NCBI GenBank assembly: GCA_963719315.1
Contig: CAVRBU010000003.1
Span: forward strand, 32,001 to 96,000
Reading direction: 5' to 3'
DNA length: 64,000 nt
DNA from: an uncultured Planctomycetota bacterium
GTDB lineage: Bacteria > Planctomycetota > Planctomycetia > Pirellulales > Lacipirellulaceae
How positions within the stretch are numbered: position 1 is the first letter of the stretch; each line of letters opens with the position of its first letter. Both the position numbers and the translations under genes were made by a program. The notes below the pieces were generated by a model. It did no database searches. It was not told the DNA's origin and saw only the letters and a program-made list of their open reading frames with translations. This document shows positions 63,062-64,000 of the stretch, in pieces.

Positions 63062-63862
63062 ATGGCCACAAATGCCGCGACGTTACACGACCATGGTTTT
63101 GCCAAGACGCAGCGCCGCGATGCGTGGTGGGCCGGGCCGTTGGTTACGGCGCTCGTGTTGGGCAGCTTTGTCATTTATACGACATTCCGGATTTTTCAAA
63201 ACGCGTATTTTCATTTCGGCGAGGGCACGGACATTCTACCCGAGCATTCCTATGTGCTCTCGCCAATGTACTCGCCGCTGCTGGCGCTGCCGAAGTGGGT
63301 GCCGGCGTGGATTTCGCCGGCGATGTTTATTCTCTGGATGCCGGGCGGATTTCGGCTGACTTGCTATTACTATCGAAAGGCGTATTACCGGTCGTTCTTT
63401 TTGGATCCGCCGGCCTGTGCGGTGGGCGAGCCACGGGACAAATACGCGGGCGAGACGCGGCTCTTGTTGTTTCAGAACATCCACCGGTACTTTTTGTATA
63501 TCGCGCTCGTGTTCATTGTGATTCTTGGGTACGACGCGATCGTGTCGTATATCTGGCCGACAGCGGGCGGCGGGCACACGTTCGGCATGAGCGTCGGCTC
63601 ACTCATGTTGACGATCGGGACGGCACTCCTTGCGCTATACACATTCAGTTGCCACTCGCTCCGGCATCTGGTGGGCGGCAATATCGATTGTTTTTCGTGC
63701 ATGGCCGGTGGCCAGGCTCGGTACAAAATGTGGCGCTGGGCAACGCGGCTCAACGAGCATCACATGCTGTGGGCTTGGACGAGTTTGTTCGGCGTGACAT
63801 TTGCGGATTTGTATGTGTGGATGGTGGCTTCGGGGCGGATTCACGATTTGCGGCTGATTTGA
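63062..63862 (+). CDS. Succinate dehydrogenase/fumarate reductase membrane subunit, Sdh1 (Rv0249c-like) type
   Basis: FRLTCYYYRKAYYRSF..DPPACAV.EP...Y.GE, QN.HRYF, YT.SCHS.RH..GG, LN..HM..AW; several TMs. Confidence 0.8.
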   Translation: MATNAATLHDHGFAKTQRRDAWWAGPLVTALVLGSFVIYTTFRIFQNAYFHFGEGTDILPEHSYVLSPMYSPLLALPKWVPAWISPAMFILWMPGGFRLTCYYYRKAYYRSFFLDPPACAVGEPRDKYAGETRLLLFQNIHRYFLYIALVFIVILGYDAIVSYIWPTAGGGHTFGMSVGSLMLTIGTALLALYTFSCHSLRHLVGGNIDCFSCMAGGQARYKMWRWATRLNEHHMLWAWTSLFGVTFADLYVWMVASGRIHDLRLI

Positions 63863-63911
63863 TTCGGATAACCAACGATTGAGCAAAGCCTTTTCCTGAC
63901 GCATTAGAAGA

Positions 63912-64000
63912 CGGGACGACAAGGAGAGAGGGAGACAAAGAAAATGGTTCTCCAATCCAATCTCCTTGTCTCCTTGTGTTCCAGTCTCCTTGTCTTGTTT
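63912..64000. repeat. Inverted octamer arrays (GACAAGGA / TCCTTGTC)
   Basis: gacaagga gagaggga gacaaag ... tctccttg tctccttg tgttccag tctccttg tc. Confidence 0.8.

Overview
GC-rich bacterial chromosome segment, very probably a planctomycete (Pirellulales/Lacipirellula-like): it has PSD1/planctomycete cytochrome c, DUF1501, PQQ-like propeller, PEP-CTERM and H4MPT/methanofuran-pathway genes. Layout: (1) 1-5330 is the decayed right end of an integrated island, with an SRAP gene split by an IS5, an IS3, a DUF932 fragment and a tRNA-3'-like att scar. (2) tRNA-Lys, a PilZ/HD-GYP pair, a MITE-flanked PQQ-propeller gene and HU. (3) 11.6-36.7 kb is a 13-gene co-oriented MoxR-AAA/vWA/BatA envelope cluster ending in three HtrA-like genes, two of them apparently catalytically dead. 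(4) PEP-CTERM, mfnF/mfnD-like genes and a sufR-nuoB-sufC-sufB-Uma2-sufD-Rieske-DUF59 run. (5) dusB, Ser/Thr kinase, 2-hydroxyacid dehydrogenase, DoxX, Gfo/Idh/MocA, ABC ATPase, DUF1501 and PSD1 separated by an insert, and an Sdh1-type membrane subunit. The most unusual signals come from small repeats: inverted heptamer arrays at gene junctions, some translated as signal-peptide h-regions; palindromes inserted in frame in a CDS; and two MITE types with IS-like ends carrying REP doublets. About 11 frameshifts of 1-2 nt in GC or homopolymer runs look like long-read errors. All family assignments come from motif recognition only; no database search was run.
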